Source: a virus (lineage: Duplodnaviria > Caudoviricetes). Taken from it: 36,846 nucleotides of DNA. The notes below the pieces were generated by a model. The model was not told where the DNA came from. It searched no databases and was given only the letters and a program-made list of their open reading frames with translations. The translations under genes were made by a program, and so were the position numbers. Positions 24,721 to 34,307 of this stretch are shown here, in pieces (within the stretch, counting starts at the first letter, position 1; each line of letters begins with the position of its first letter). Location: the IMG/VR virus record IMGVR_UViG_3300020292_000004, positions 1-36,846 of that record. One strand, given 5' to 3'.

Positions 24721-27206
24721 TAAATAACCCCCTGGTATTTCCTACCGCCATAAGATCTAGAATTTTTATATAAAGACCCTGCAAAGCTATTAAGAGCGTT
24801 TTCTAAATCAACTACAGTCACATAGTTCTCTCCTTGTATTGACATCACAGGTCCAGTTTGAACATTCACAGAAGGATTAACAGAAAGGCCACTATCTCTA
24901 GAAGAAGGCATAGCCGCCTGATTTCTTAAACCTTGTGAATAGTTACGCATGAAGCCAGAAACTTTATTAGCTGGAACTATATATTCACCGCCTCCATCTC
25001 CTACAACTGCTAGCTGTCCACTATTAGAACCTGAGACATAACCGCCTTCATTGTATGCGTTTACTTTTTGACTTCCACCCGTAGATGGTGCTGAAAGTTC
25101 ACCACTAGTAGATTTACCAAGATTTTTAAAAAGGTCTGTAAATAACTTGACTATCCTTTTATAAAAATTTTTAAATTTAGCAAATAAAATTTCATTTAAA
25201 AAGTACTCAACACCTCCACCAATAAGCTCCCAAGCATCATTAAACGCTGATGGTAAAAATTCTTTTATAAAATCTCCTACTTTCTCAAAACCATGTTTTA
25301 CAAAATTTATAACTGCATCAGCAGCTTTACCCATTAAATAAAACGCCCCAATAAGCAACCATAATTTCCCAATAAGCAAAACGCCACCCATAGCTAAGCC
25401 TTTCATCCCAATTGCAGTAATTCCTAATCCTTTTGCAAAGATAGCTAAACCACTAATAATAATACCTACAGGAATAAGAAGAGAAGCAAGAGCAAAACCT
25501 ATACCAAGAATAACTTTGACACTTGATGGAATTTTTTCATTTGCTGCTATAGCCCAATCTAAAAAACCATTTAAAGCCTGTATTCCTTTATTTACTTGTG
25601 GCAGAAATTCTTCTCCAATTTTGTTAGCTAAAACTATAAAATTGTTCCATAATTTTTGGAGTTGTGCGGATGTAGTTTTACTTATTCCTGCAAATTCCCT
25701 TAAAACAGAACCAAAATTTTTAGAATCATCACTTACGACCGCTAAAACTTCTTTAAATCTAGTCATATTATTTACTAGTCCAATAATCCCCTTGGCTCCT
25801 TGTTCTCCTGCAAATTCTTTAACCGCTGATAACATCTCACTTTCTGGTAGTTCTGAAATTCTTGTAAATACATCTAGAACAGTACCCATTCCATCCTTGA
25901 ACATATTAGACGCTAGCTGAATCATTGGCTCCAGCTCCATCTGCTTAACTTTCTCTTCAATCCCATTTTTTAACGTTTCTAAAGCAGATAATTCTTGTGT
26001 TTCTAATACTTTTAATTTCTTTTCATTTGCTCTGACCTCTAACTCTTGTTGATCATCTAAATCTCTTCCTAATTGTCTTCTCCTATCTTCCATACTTCTA
26101 CGATGTTTTTTAAGTTCTAAATCTAAATTGTCTTCAATTATTCTTATTCTTTCTTTTTGTATTTCTGTCATTCCTTGTTTTTGCTCTCTTGCCTGTTCTC
26201 TGATTGCGTCGGTTCTTGCTCTAGCATTTCTCCTTAAATTCTTTGTTACCTGATCGCTCTCATCTTCTAATGCTCTTTGTGCAATAGTCTCCAAATCTTC
26301 ATAACGTCTTCTAACTTCTTTTAATACCTGATCAGTTTCATTCCTTGCTGATTCAATCCGCTTTCTGCTTTCTTCTTCTACCACTGTTGTCATTCTTTTT
26401 TCTTCTGCTGCTGCGTCTACAGTCACATAACCAAGCTTTCTCATTAGATCAATCTGACCCTGGGTAGCACTAGCCCCAGCCGTCATAGCACCAAATAAAG
26501 ACCTAACCGCTGTAGCAGCTACTCTAGATTCTATTCCTTGTTCAATCATTGCTGTTCCAAGTGCTGCAATGTCTTTTCCTGCAAGACCCGCCGCACGTCC
26601 TGAACTCGCCGCCCTAGTCATAAATTCAGTTATATCTTTTGCGCTCAAACTTGCTGATTCTGCCAGAGTATTCATATGGTCAGCCAATAACATGGTTTCA
26701 TCCATAGTTGCGCCAAACACAACCTGCATAGATGCCATAAAAGAGCCAGCCGCTTCTGAAGTTAAATCAAATGCAACTCCAACTTTTCCTGCTGCTTCTG
26801 CAAATTTAGCAAAATCTTTCTGAGCAAAACCAGCTTGTCCTGCCGCCGTGAATAAATCAGCTACTTGATTAACAGTAATGGGTAAGACTTTGCTTAATTC
26901 AAATATTTCATCTTTTATTTTTTCAACTCCTTTAGCGTCAATATTATCTAAAACTTTTGTTACTTCAGCCATTTTGGCTTCAAAAGTTATAGCCGATTTA
27001 ATCGAACCAAGTAAAGCAGTTCCAATTGAAGCCGCACTAACAGCCGCCGCTTGAAATAATTTAGAACTTAAAACTTTTTTGATACTTCTAGAAGCCTGAT
27101 TAGCTGCTTTCTCTGTTCCTTTAAACGCCTTTTCTATCTTGCCAATATCGGCAGCATTACGGACTTTAACCGTTAATTTTAAAATACTATCTAAATTTAA
27201 AGCCAT
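24720..27206 (-). CDS. tail tape measure protein (TP901-family core)
   Basis: AITFEAKMAEVTKV..., Ala/Gly-rich helices, hydrophobic segment, NEGGYV...VVGDGGGEYIVP near the C-terminus. Confidence 0.92.
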   Translation of the reverse strand: MALNLDSILKLTVKVRNAADIGKIEKAFKGTEKAANQASRSIKKVLSSKLFQAAAVSAASIGTALLGSIKSAITFEAKMAEVTKVLDNIDAKGVEKIKDEIFELSKVLPITVNQVADLFTAAGQAGFAQKDFAKFAEAAGKVGVAFDLTSEAAGSFMASMQVVFGATMDETMLLADHMNTLAESASLSAKDITEFMTRAASSGRAAGLAGKDIAALGTAMIEQGIESRVAATAVRSLFGAMTAGASATQGQIDLMRKLGYVTVDAAAEEKRMTTVVEEESRKRIESARNETDQVLKEVRRRYEDLETIAQRALEDESDQVTKNLRRNARARTDAIREQAREQKQGMTEIQKERIRIIEDNLDLELKKHRRSMEDRRRQLGRDLDDQQELEVRANEKKLKVLETQELSALETLKNGIEEKVKQMELEPMIQLASNMFKDGMGTVLDVFTRISELPESEMLSAVKEFAGEQGAKGIIGLVNNMTRFKEVLAVVSDDSKNFGSVLREFAGISKTTSAQLQKLWNNFIVLANKIGEEFLPQVNKGIQALNGFLDWAIAANEKIPSSVKVILGIGFALASLLIPVGIIISGLAIFAKGLGITAIGMKGLAMGGVLLIGKLWLLIGAFYLMGKAADAVINFVKHGFEKVGDFIKEFLPSAFNDAWELIGGGVEYFLNEILFAKFKNFYKRIVKLFTDLFKNLGKSTSGELSAPSTGGSQKVNAYNEGGYVSGSNSGQLAVVGDGGGEYIVPANKVSGFMRNYSQGLRNQAAMPSSRDSGLSVNPSVNVQTGPVMSIQGENYVTVVDLENALNSFAGSLYKNSRSYGGRKYQGVI

Positions 27207-27580
27207 TATTTGAGCCTCTTGCTTTTAGCTTCTGCCCTTCTTTGCTCTTCTTTTTGGCTCTTTGCAATTCGCTCTAGTGCGTACATTTCCATTACTTGTA
27301 AATCCTCTATTAATGATTTCATGTCTGACACTTTGTAGAGGTTACAAAATTGCATAACTACCCCATAGTCTAAACCAATATAGCCGTTTGGGCCTGTTCG
27401 CCATTGAGTCTGAACCCTAAGAAACATTAAAAAGACTTCTTGATGGTCGGGCCATAATTCAAATTCTCTTCCTCTTGCTACATTTTCTGGAAGTTCTATT
27501 CCTAATACTGCTGCATCTTTAGCTATTTGATCTTCCTGGCCGTTGTTACCATCAAAGAGATAATCAACAGCCTCGGTTAG
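27206..27580 (-). CDS. tail assembly chaperone GT extension (DUF1799-like), reached by -1 frameshift
   Basis: Frame is open from 27580 through the track ORF 27206..27427; TQWR.GP.G.IGLDY...LQVME motif. Confidence 0.8.
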   Translation of the reverse strand, partial: LTEAVDYLFDGNNGQEDQIAKDAAVLGIELPENVARGREFELWPDHQEVFLMFLRVQTQWRTGPNGYIGLDYGVVMQFCNLYKVSDMKSLIEDLQVMEMYALERIAKSQKEEQRRAEAKSKRLK

Positions 27581-27948
27581 TTTTTTCTTTTTGCAGTCTC
27601 TAAGCTATCAAACCAAGCTTTTACAATTTGACCTGCAACAGTTGGAATATCTAATAATTCATTTAATCTTTTTTCACTAAATTTAATCTCTTTGTTTTCT
27701 TCATCTACAACGCCATCCCAACCTAAAATTATTTCCTTGGCGGCCTCTTGGTCCTCTAACATTTCATCATCATCAATTGCGCCTATTTCCATTTTCCTAG
27801 CAAGCTTTCTAATCTCACTAATACGGGTTTGAGTTAACCTTTTAAATTCAACATCAAAAGTAGACTTCTCTTTATGCCCACCATCAACAGGGATAATTAT
27901 AGTTACGGGCCAAGTATAGGAATTGCGTTTTTTAAGTGTTAGAGCCAT
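27577..27948 (-). CDS. tail assembly chaperone G
   Basis: Between tail tube and tape measure; ILGWDGVVDE; ends KN. Confidence 0.85.
   Translation of the reverse strand: MALTLKKRNSYTWPVTIIIPVDGGHKEKSTFDVEFKRLTQTRISEIRKLARKMEIGAIDDDEMLEDQEAAKEIILGWDGVVDEENKEIKFSEKRLNELLDIPTVAGQIVKAWFDSLETAKRKN
27580..27586 (-). other. -1 ribosomal slippery heptamer A AAA AAC
   Basis: AGA AAA AAC TAA ends gene G; the -1 frame joins the downstream ORF. Confidence 0.8.
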
Positions 27949-28004
27949 TGAAGATTAATTTTCTTCAACAGTAAGTAATTAATTACTATTAAGCAACCGT
28001 AATA

Positions 28005-29165
28005 TCAACTAAAAGTAAGACGTATTTCATCATTACCTGTGTTGGGAACCGGCGTAAAAGAAATTTCAAGCATGGATATTCCGTCAGATTCGGAGTAAGT
28101 AGGCTGTGTTATATCTACGGTAGGTAAGACAATAGAAACAATATTTCCTGCTGTTGTTCCATGTTGTAGACATACCAAATTAGTCGATCCACTTTCGGCT
28201 TCTGTGAAAAAGTCTTTAGCTGCAATAGTTGGAGTTTCAATTGTGGCAGAACCTGTTGGCTGTCTATTCGTTAATAAAATTGATTTATCAGTACCCACTA
28301 ATTCTCTTGGCACTGTTTCACAAGCAAGATCAAACTGGAATGATTGAATAGCCGCTGATGAATAACCAGCAAAGTTAGAAGCTACAGTATTTCCTTCTTT
28401 AAAAAGTACGGGTGTTGTCTGGTTGCTGTACGTCGCTGTCGCAGGCGAGGTGTCTGTTGGAGACGAATACAAGCCAATCATGGAAAATGTAATCGTAGGA
28501 ATTGACCCAACCTCTAGTGAAAGTTGATAACTCCCTCTTGCACCAAGAATCTTGTGCTGGATTCCATCGTTGTTATATAAAATTGCTACTGAACCAAAGG
28601 AACCACTTACAGGCGAATAATTAACATTTGCAGCAATGCTATATGAACTAGATGCACCAGGCACAAAGGTAGCCGTTATTGGCTGGCAGGTGCATACTTT
28701 TGAGCTACCAACGTAATCAGTTATAAGCGCCTTATGGCCTGAACCTGTACCACTACTTATGGTCACTTGCATACCATTGTAGTAGTCATCAACAGCAGAA
28801 GCCCCAGAAGCAAGAGTAATAGTGTTGCTTCCCCCAGCTTGACTTGAACCTGTAACAGCACTTCCAACAGTTTCGGAAGTCATGCCGCAGGCAAGTAAAA
28901 GAGAATCTATTCTAGAAGCAGTTCCACCCGTCCCACTAGATGCCAACTCTATTTCCATCTCTATGGAGACACGACTATTAGCTAAAAGTGATTCACTATT
29001 TCCTAGGTAACTTCTGATCAGATCCCTTGATACAGCATCACTTTCTAGGGGCGTTACACTTAACGATCTAGCCAAAATAGCGTCTGAACCTGCCATGGTT
29101 GGCTGTGTTCCATAACTGGCTTCTGCTTTTACTTGGCATAAAGCAGCCCTAGCGAGTTTAGCCAT
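28005..29165 (-). CDS. major tail tube protein with an inserted beta domain
   Basis: KAEASYG, LLLACG, ILGARG, GNIV.I..P.V.I..PTY motifs; position in the operon. Confidence 0.85.
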   Translation of the reverse strand: MAKLARAALCQVKAEASYGTQPTMAGSDAILARSLSVTPLESDAVSRDLIRSYLGNSESLLANSRVSIEMEIELASSGTGGTASRIDSLLLACGMTSETVGSAVTGSSQAGGSNTITLASGASAVDDYYNGMQVTISSGTGSGHKALITDYVGSSKVCTCQPITATFVPGASSSYSIAANVNYSPVSGSFGSVAILYNNDGIQHKILGARGSYQLSLEVGSIPTITFSMIGLYSSPTDTSPATATYSNQTTPVLFKEGNTVASNFAGYSSAAIQSFQFDLACETVPRELVGTDKSILLTNRQPTGSATIETPTIAAKDFFTEAESGSTNLVCLQHGTTAGNIVSIVLPTVDITQPTYSESDGISMLEISFTPVPNTGNDEIRLTFS

Positions 29166-29234
29166 CTTTTAAAAAACCTCTACTTTTCGGAGATATATCT
29201 ACCAATATAGTAGGTATTCAGAGCGTAATAATAA

Positions 29235-29672
29235 TTAAGTAGTCAATGACCCAATATTTGTACGATATTGAATAATAAAACTGTTATTTATAACTGCCGC
29301 TGGTTGGTCTGAATCAATCATTTCAAAAGTAACCCCAGAAGGTTGTATGTCTATTGCATAACCTCCAACTGTCAAATCAGCTAATACTTTTGCATGTAGG
29401 CTTTCACAAATTGGATCTGCTACCTCATAAGGTGTAGTAGTAGAAGAACCTCTAACAATAACGGCAATATTTATTCTAAAATTCCAATCACATTTTGGAT
29501 GTGAAACATTTATAGAAGGATCATCACTAACAGGCTCTAGAACAATTGCTGGACTTTCTGCACGTGTAATAGGTGTCAATCTTTCTCTGTAGATTCTTGA
29601 ACCAACGCCCCCTGCTGTCCCTGCAAGCGTTGTTTTTAGTTGGTCTAGTATGTTTTCCCTTTTACTAGTCAT
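29235..29672 (-). CDS. tail terminator (gpU-like)
   Basis: REN ILDQLK..L, RIYRER, PAIVL, I.YRT pattern; upstream of the tail tube. Confidence 0.7.
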   Translation of the reverse strand: MTSKRENILDQLKTTLAGTAGGVGSRIYRERLTPITRAESPAIVLEPVSDDPSINVSHPKCDWNFRINIAVIVRGSSTTTPYEVADPICESLHAKVLADLTVGGYAIDIQPSGVTFEMIDSDQPAAVINNSFIIQYRTNIGSLTT

Positions 29673-29950
29673 TAGGCTTTAGAAAGTGCAATTTGACAAG
29701 TAAGGCCATCTAAATCTTGGTCAACACTTCTAACTTCATAATCAACAGAACTAATTGTGATAGTGCTGCCAATAGTCAAAGTTCCAAACTCTGAAGTTTT
29801 GGCGTGGGCATTGTAATCGCGGAATATGACTTGACCATCTAGAACCATCTCATCTGGTTGATCAAGGATAACAACGCCTGTAACTCCTCCACTTGTTGCA
29901 GTAACTCCAAAGTCAGCAAATGAAGCGGTTAGATCATCACTCAGCGCCAT
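29672..29950 (-). CDS. head-tail joining protein (gpFII-like)
   Basis: 92 aa, DFG..A, ILDQP, G.TITI....YEV...D.DG pattern. Confidence 0.7.
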   Translation of the reverse strand: MALSDDLTASFADFGVTATSGGVTGVVILDQPDEMVLDGQVIFRDYNAHAKTSEFGTLTIGSTITISSVDYEVRSVDQDLDGLTCQIALSKA

Positions 29951-30179
29951 CTTTTACTTCTTCTAAAATTGATTTTACTTTTTTAGCCTTTGGTTTTACT
30001 GGCTCTTCTATTACTGGAGGTTTTGGAGGACAACTTGCAGCCTCATCTTCTATGGTTGCTTCTTTTGCTCTATTTCTTGAAATTAAAGAAGTTGCATCAC
30101 CTTCTGACAAATCATGTATTTCACCTTCTTCAAGGTGAACGCCTTTTACAGCAGTAGGACGAATAATAAGAACTTTCAT
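29937..30179 (-). CDS. small head-associated protein (gpFI-like position)
   Basis: Immediately after the capsid; G.I.DL.E.DA..LI....A then a Pro/Lys-rich tail. Confidence 0.6.
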   Translation of the reverse strand: MKVLIIRPTAVKGVHLEEGEIHDLSEGDATSLISRNRAKEATIEDEAASCPPKPPVIEEPVKPKAKKVKSILEEVKDGAE

Positions 30180-30183
30180 AATA

Positions 30184-30213
30184 TAAAAAAAGAAGGGGGC
30201 TAAATTGCCCCCT
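30184..30213 (-). terminator. intrinsic terminator after the capsid gene
   Basis: Minus strand AGGGGGC-AATTTA-GCCCCCT then TCTTTTTTT. Confidence 0.75.
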
Positions 30214-30221
30214 AATAACTA

Positions 30222-32186
30222 CTAAGTAGTGACATCAAGAATTGCAGAGAAGGCTGAAGCCTGACGAATTCCGACATCTATGGATGCCATAGCCCTTGTA
30301 GAAACTAAACCATTGGTGAAGTCTGTACCGTCTGAATCAGATACAGCTATTTCTACACCGTTACCCCATGTAGCAAGAATTGCCTGGGAGAAATCTCCGA
30401 AAAGAACTGCACTACATGACCCCGAAGTGGACCCCTTAGTGAGATTAGATGGAACCTGATTAGTTACACCGATTTGGTAGCCGTTAACAGTTCCAGGTGT
30501 TGCACCACGTCCACGAGCTGCTAAGTCACTGTTCCAAAGGAAGTCACCAGCACCTGAAGAAGAGCGAAGCTGTTTGAGTGCTGAAAGTACTTTTGCATTG
30601 GTTACATAGCCCATAGTTGAGCCGTTAGAACCAGCATTGTCTATCAACACTTCCTCTTCTAACTTGATCATATTCTCAAGAGTAATAGCAGCGCCATTAG
30701 TACCACCAGCCACTGAACCAATACTGGCTTGAAGTAGGCCGGTAGGCTGTCCAGAAGAACCTGAACCGTTAAGGATTGCTAAATCAATTGCTTCATTGAT
30801 CGTATTTAAAAGATCAGTTCTAACCAATTCTTCAATACCAGGAGTGGCTTGAAGAAGTGTTTGTCTAGAAAACTTAGACAATGCGCCAACAGTACTTGGA
30901 CTCAATGAAATTTGATCAAAAGTACTTTCTGACTGTGTTATTGCCGTAGTTTGTGAGCTAAGCCAATAAGCACTGCTATTTGCTGACCTTCTGGGAATAT
31001 TTACGTCACCGACTAGGCCAGGCAAGGTGGTCACGCCCATTCCAACCATTAGCGTGGAATTTCTCAAACTTTCTATAAATGAGTTTGAGTCAAGAGACGC
31101 TTCTACAAGATTACCTCCAGTGGTTGCCCCACTCGTTTGGTAGGTGGCTCTATTGAAGACTGAGTAAGGAACGAGGAAGCTTTTCTCTGAAGATCTTTTT
31201 ACTCCAGACCTCTCTACCTCTTGAGATAATTCTCTTACAAAACCAGCCTCTTTAGAAGACCAATCACCAGTTAAAGCGCCACGAATACCAGCAGCTATTG
31301 AATAATCAACATTTCTTTCTTGTTGAATATCAATTGGTGAAACAGTTTCAACGGGCTTGGCACCGATGCGCTCTAATACAGCAGCTCTAGCTTCATCAAT
31401 GGAAGCACCGCTTTCTACTAATGTTGTTGCAAGCTCATTGCAACCATGTTGAGAGCCAAGAGCTGTAATGTTTGCAATTCTTGAGCGCTCTTCTTGTTGC
31501 GCTTTTTTGCGCTCTTCCGAACGCACCACGGATAAGTCAGGGGTGTCTGTCATTTTCTCTTTTATTAGAGGTTGTTGTGTTTGTGATGCGACGGTAGCCG
31601 CTTTGTCAGGGATAGAATCCCTAGCATTAGTTTCTATAATAGGTGCTTCTTGCGTCATATCTTCTTTTTTGTCTACTTCTTTTGAGCCTTTTGACCTTGA
31701 CACGCCTACAGTCGTATCTGCAGGAATTGAAACCAGTGATAATTCCGCTGGTGTAAAGGCAAGCACTCTATAGTTTTTATCATCAATTTCTTCTGTAGAA
31801 TCCACGCTATAACCAAAAGAAACATTCGCATATATCCCAGTTCTCACCATTTCATAAGCTTCATTACCAGCCGCATTAGTGGCAAATCTTACTGTTGCCA
31901 TCCCTCGGCGCTTACCTGAATCAAGCCAAGATTTTTCTACTACCCCAATAACTGTATCTGGATTGTGATTGAAAAGTAACGGCGCTTTTCTATTGAGTCG
32001 TTCAAAATTAATAGCTCCTTCTGAATGATCCAAGGTTTCAAACCCTAGATAACCCCTGTTTACTGGGGCTTCTGATGAGAAGGGGAAAGTAATTGTTCTA
32101 TCCTCTTCATTTAACTTTCTATCTACTAACGACCCCGAATATTCACGCGTTAATGTTTGGCCTTCAAAATCACGTTTGTTCTCCAT
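30222..32186 (-). CDS. prohead protease-scaffold-major capsid fusion (HK97 fold)
   Basis: Protease motifs LLFNH, NVSFGY, ELSLVSIPAD; capsid motifs GGNLV, ILNGSGSSGQPTGLL, LFGDFS; likely start MENKR at 32186. Confidence 0.92.
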   Translation of the reverse strand: MENKRDFEGQTLTREYSGSLVDRKLNEEDRTITFPFSSEAPVNRGYLGFETLDHSEGAINFERLNRKAPLLFNHNPDTVIGVVEKSWLDSGKRRGMATVRFATNAAGNEAYEMVRTGIYANVSFGYSVDSTEEIDDKNYRVLAFTPAELSLVSIPADTTVGVSRSKGSKEVDKKEDMTQEAPIIETNARDSIPDKAATVASQTQQPLIKEKMTDTPDLSVVRSEERKKAQQEERSRIANITALGSQHGCNELATTLVESGASIDEARAAVLERIGAKPVETVSPIDIQQERNVDYSIAAGIRGALTGDWSSKEAGFVRELSQEVERSGVKRSSEKSFLVPYSVFNRATYQTSGATTGGNLVEASLDSNSFIESLRNSTLMVGMGVTTLPGLVGDVNIPRRSANSSAYWLSSQTTAITQSESTFDQISLSPSTVGALSKFSRQTLLQATPGIEELVRTDLLNTINEAIDLAILNGSGSSGQPTGLLQASIGSVAGGTNGAAITLENMIKLEEEVLIDNAGSNGSTMGYVTNAKVLSALKQLRSSSGAGDFLWNSDLAARGRGATPGTVNGYQIGVTNQVPSNLTKGSTSGSCSAVLFGDFSQAILATWGNGVEIAVSDSDGTDFTNGLVSTRAMASIDVGIRQASAFSAILDVTT

Positions 32187-33708
32187 TTGTCGAGTCTTGG
32201 TTGTCATTAGTATTTATATTACTCTCATTTATAGTAGATGTTGCTGCTATATCAGTATCAAAGACAAGATTAAGCTGATTCATCTTATCTAATTCATCGG
32301 CTCTAGTAGCTATTACCTCGTTAATATCTCCTCCCTGTTCACTAACAATATCTGTAACAGTTTTAAAACCTGCCTTAATTGACTCTTTAGCCGCTGCAAC
32401 TTCACGTTGAGGATCAATAAAGCTAAAGCCCCTAGGAACAAATCTTACTTGTTTGTATCTTTCACTATCTGTTTCATAATTTGGCAAATTTAAATTGCCT
32501 GAAAGTACACTCATTTCTATGAAGTTTTCATATACAGGCTCTAGGAAATGCTCAATTAAATAGTTTTGAATGGCTCTATATTGTGCGCGATCTTCTAACA
32601 GGGATAAACGGCTAGAAGAGTAATTAGATTGTGAAAAGTCTTTAGAAACAGATTCAAAACCGATACCAACAGAAGCTGCAACACTTCTAAGCATTGCCCG
32701 CATAAATTCAGGAAATTCTTTATTTGGTGAATCCATATCTGGAATATTTATAGATTCATTTGGATTTAAATAATGAAACGTCCCAGGCTGAAAGTCTGTA
32801 ATTCTTTCTTCTTCTAATACTTCTCCACCGTTGTCTAATTCTGGGTCTTTATTTTCAATAAATCCCTGTAAACAGGCATTAGCTCTGGCAGAAGTTAAAG
32901 CTGCATTTGCATAACCGTCTATATGGTGTAGAGATTGCAAACTACTTGCAAATTGAGTTACGCCCCTTGATTGGCTGCTGCGATCAGGGACAAAAAGATG
33001 TATCACCTCATCAGCAGGAACTAAAACATGTCTTTGTTGTCCTGTTACAGAAGGAAAGGCTGTTTCCCCTGGATGCTTAGAAAAAAAGCAATATTCTAAA
33101 GCTCTACCCCATTTGTCCTGACGTATTCCCATTTTCCAGTTAGACCCTTTTGAATCTCGGCCTGAATAGTCATCATCTAACATATCTCCTTCCAAAATTT
33201 GCAAGGCAAAAGGAATAGAACTTTTTCCGAATGGTTGTTTAATTATTCTTATAAGACATTCACCATCAGTGATCATTGCCATCATTACAAGGCGGCAAAT
33301 ATCAACAAAAGAAGAACGCCCTGCTACATCACAAGATTTATGGTTACTCCACTTTTTAAATTTGCTTTCTATTGCGTTATTTATTTTGTTATCTAAAGTT
33401 TGACCCCTTAATTTTTTAACAGATGATTGTAATTTAAAACCATTAGGACCAACAACATTAGAAACTATTTGTCTAGCTGCATTTCTTCCCCAAGGGTTAT
33501 TCCTGATAACTTCCCTGGCTCGTTGTCTTAAAATTTTATTACTTCCATTAATTAAAGAATCAGCGGAAGAATTAGGAGCAACCCAGGAACTAGTTAAACG
33601 GTCCCTAATGGCTCCTGTATAATTTCGCCGCTGTTTAACTGCTGGCTCCTTTTGTTCAGGTTTTTTTGAATTTAAAACGTCGGATAAAGGAAGATTTAAG
33701 AATGCCAT
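32170..33708 (-). CDS. portal protein, lambda family
   Basis: LRQRAR...RNN, RGV, DFSQSNYSSSR, IDPQRE motifs. Confidence 0.93.
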   Translation of the reverse strand: MAFLNLPLSDVLNSKKPEQKEPAVKQRRNYTGAIRDRLTSSWVAPNSSADSLINGSNKILRQRAREVIRNNPWGRNAARQIVSNVVGPNGFKLQSSVKKLRGQTLDNKINNAIESKFKKWSNHKSCDVAGRSSFVDICRLVMMAMITDGECLIRIIKQPFGKSSIPFALQILEGDMLDDDYSGRDSKGSNWKMGIRQDKWGRALEYCFFSKHPGETAFPSVTGQQRHVLVPADEVIHLFVPDRSSQSRGVTQFASSLQSLHHIDGYANAALTSARANACLQGFIENKDPELDNGGEVLEEERITDFQPGTFHYLNPNESINIPDMDSPNKEFPEFMRAMLRSVAASVGIGFESVSKDFSQSNYSSSRLSLLEDRAQYRAIQNYLIEHFLEPVYENFIEMSVLSGNLNLPNYETDSERYKQVRFVPRGFSFIDPQREVAAAKESIKAGFKTVTDIVSEQGGDINEVIATRADELDKMNQLNLVFDTDIAATSTINESNINTNDNQDSTNGEQT

Positions 33709-33711
33709 GAC

Positions 33712-34299
33712 TTAACGAGAGAAAGATACATAAAGTTTTTTTGGATCACCTAAACCTTGGGCTATTCTTGCCCGTCGCTTTTCATTAAATACAATTCCTT
33801 TTAGTTGGCTTTCTCTTGCCCTTAATTCTGGTAAATCAAGCCGCGTAAATGTCCTTGAACCAATTTGATATGATTTTCCTTTGTCCAAAATCATTGACCT
33901 TATAGCCGCCGAAACATTATCTAGATCAATTTCATTTTGTGACCTGTCGTCAACTGCGCCTGGATCGCCGGAATAATTGAGCGCCTGTTTGACAGTAAAT
34001 TCACCTCTAGCTAATTCAAAGCTTTCACTTCCTTTGCTAACTATCGCAGTAAAAAACCAATCTCCTTTGTCGAAATTCGTTGTAACACTAGAAGCTATTG
34101 TAAATTCCCAACCACTCCCCGCATAGGCTGAACCCGTAACAGTTGCACCTTCAGAAGCTGTATTAGTTCTCAAAGAATAAATTAAACTCCAACCATCACC
34201 ACTAGTGGCGGTCGTGTCAAAAGGTACTGTTGCCGAAACATCACGCCACTTAATTGTGGTCCCAGCAGTAATAACACTGGGGAAATCAGACGACCACAT
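33712..34299 (-). CDS. head completion (gpW-like) protein with N-terminal beta extension
   Basis: C-terminal SYQIGSRTFTRLDLPEL; located between terL and portal. Confidence 0.6.
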   Translation of the reverse strand: MWSSDFPSVITAGTTIKWRDVSATVPFDTTATSGDGWSLIYSLRTNTASEGATVTGSAYAGSGWEFTIASSVTTNFDKGDWFFTAIVSKGSESFELARGEFTVKQALNYSGDPGAVDDRSQNEIDLDNVSAAIRSMILDKGKSYQIGSRTFTRLDLPELRARESQLKGIVFNEKRRARIAQGLGDPKKLYVSFSR

Positions 34300-34307
34300 T
34301 TAAACCT

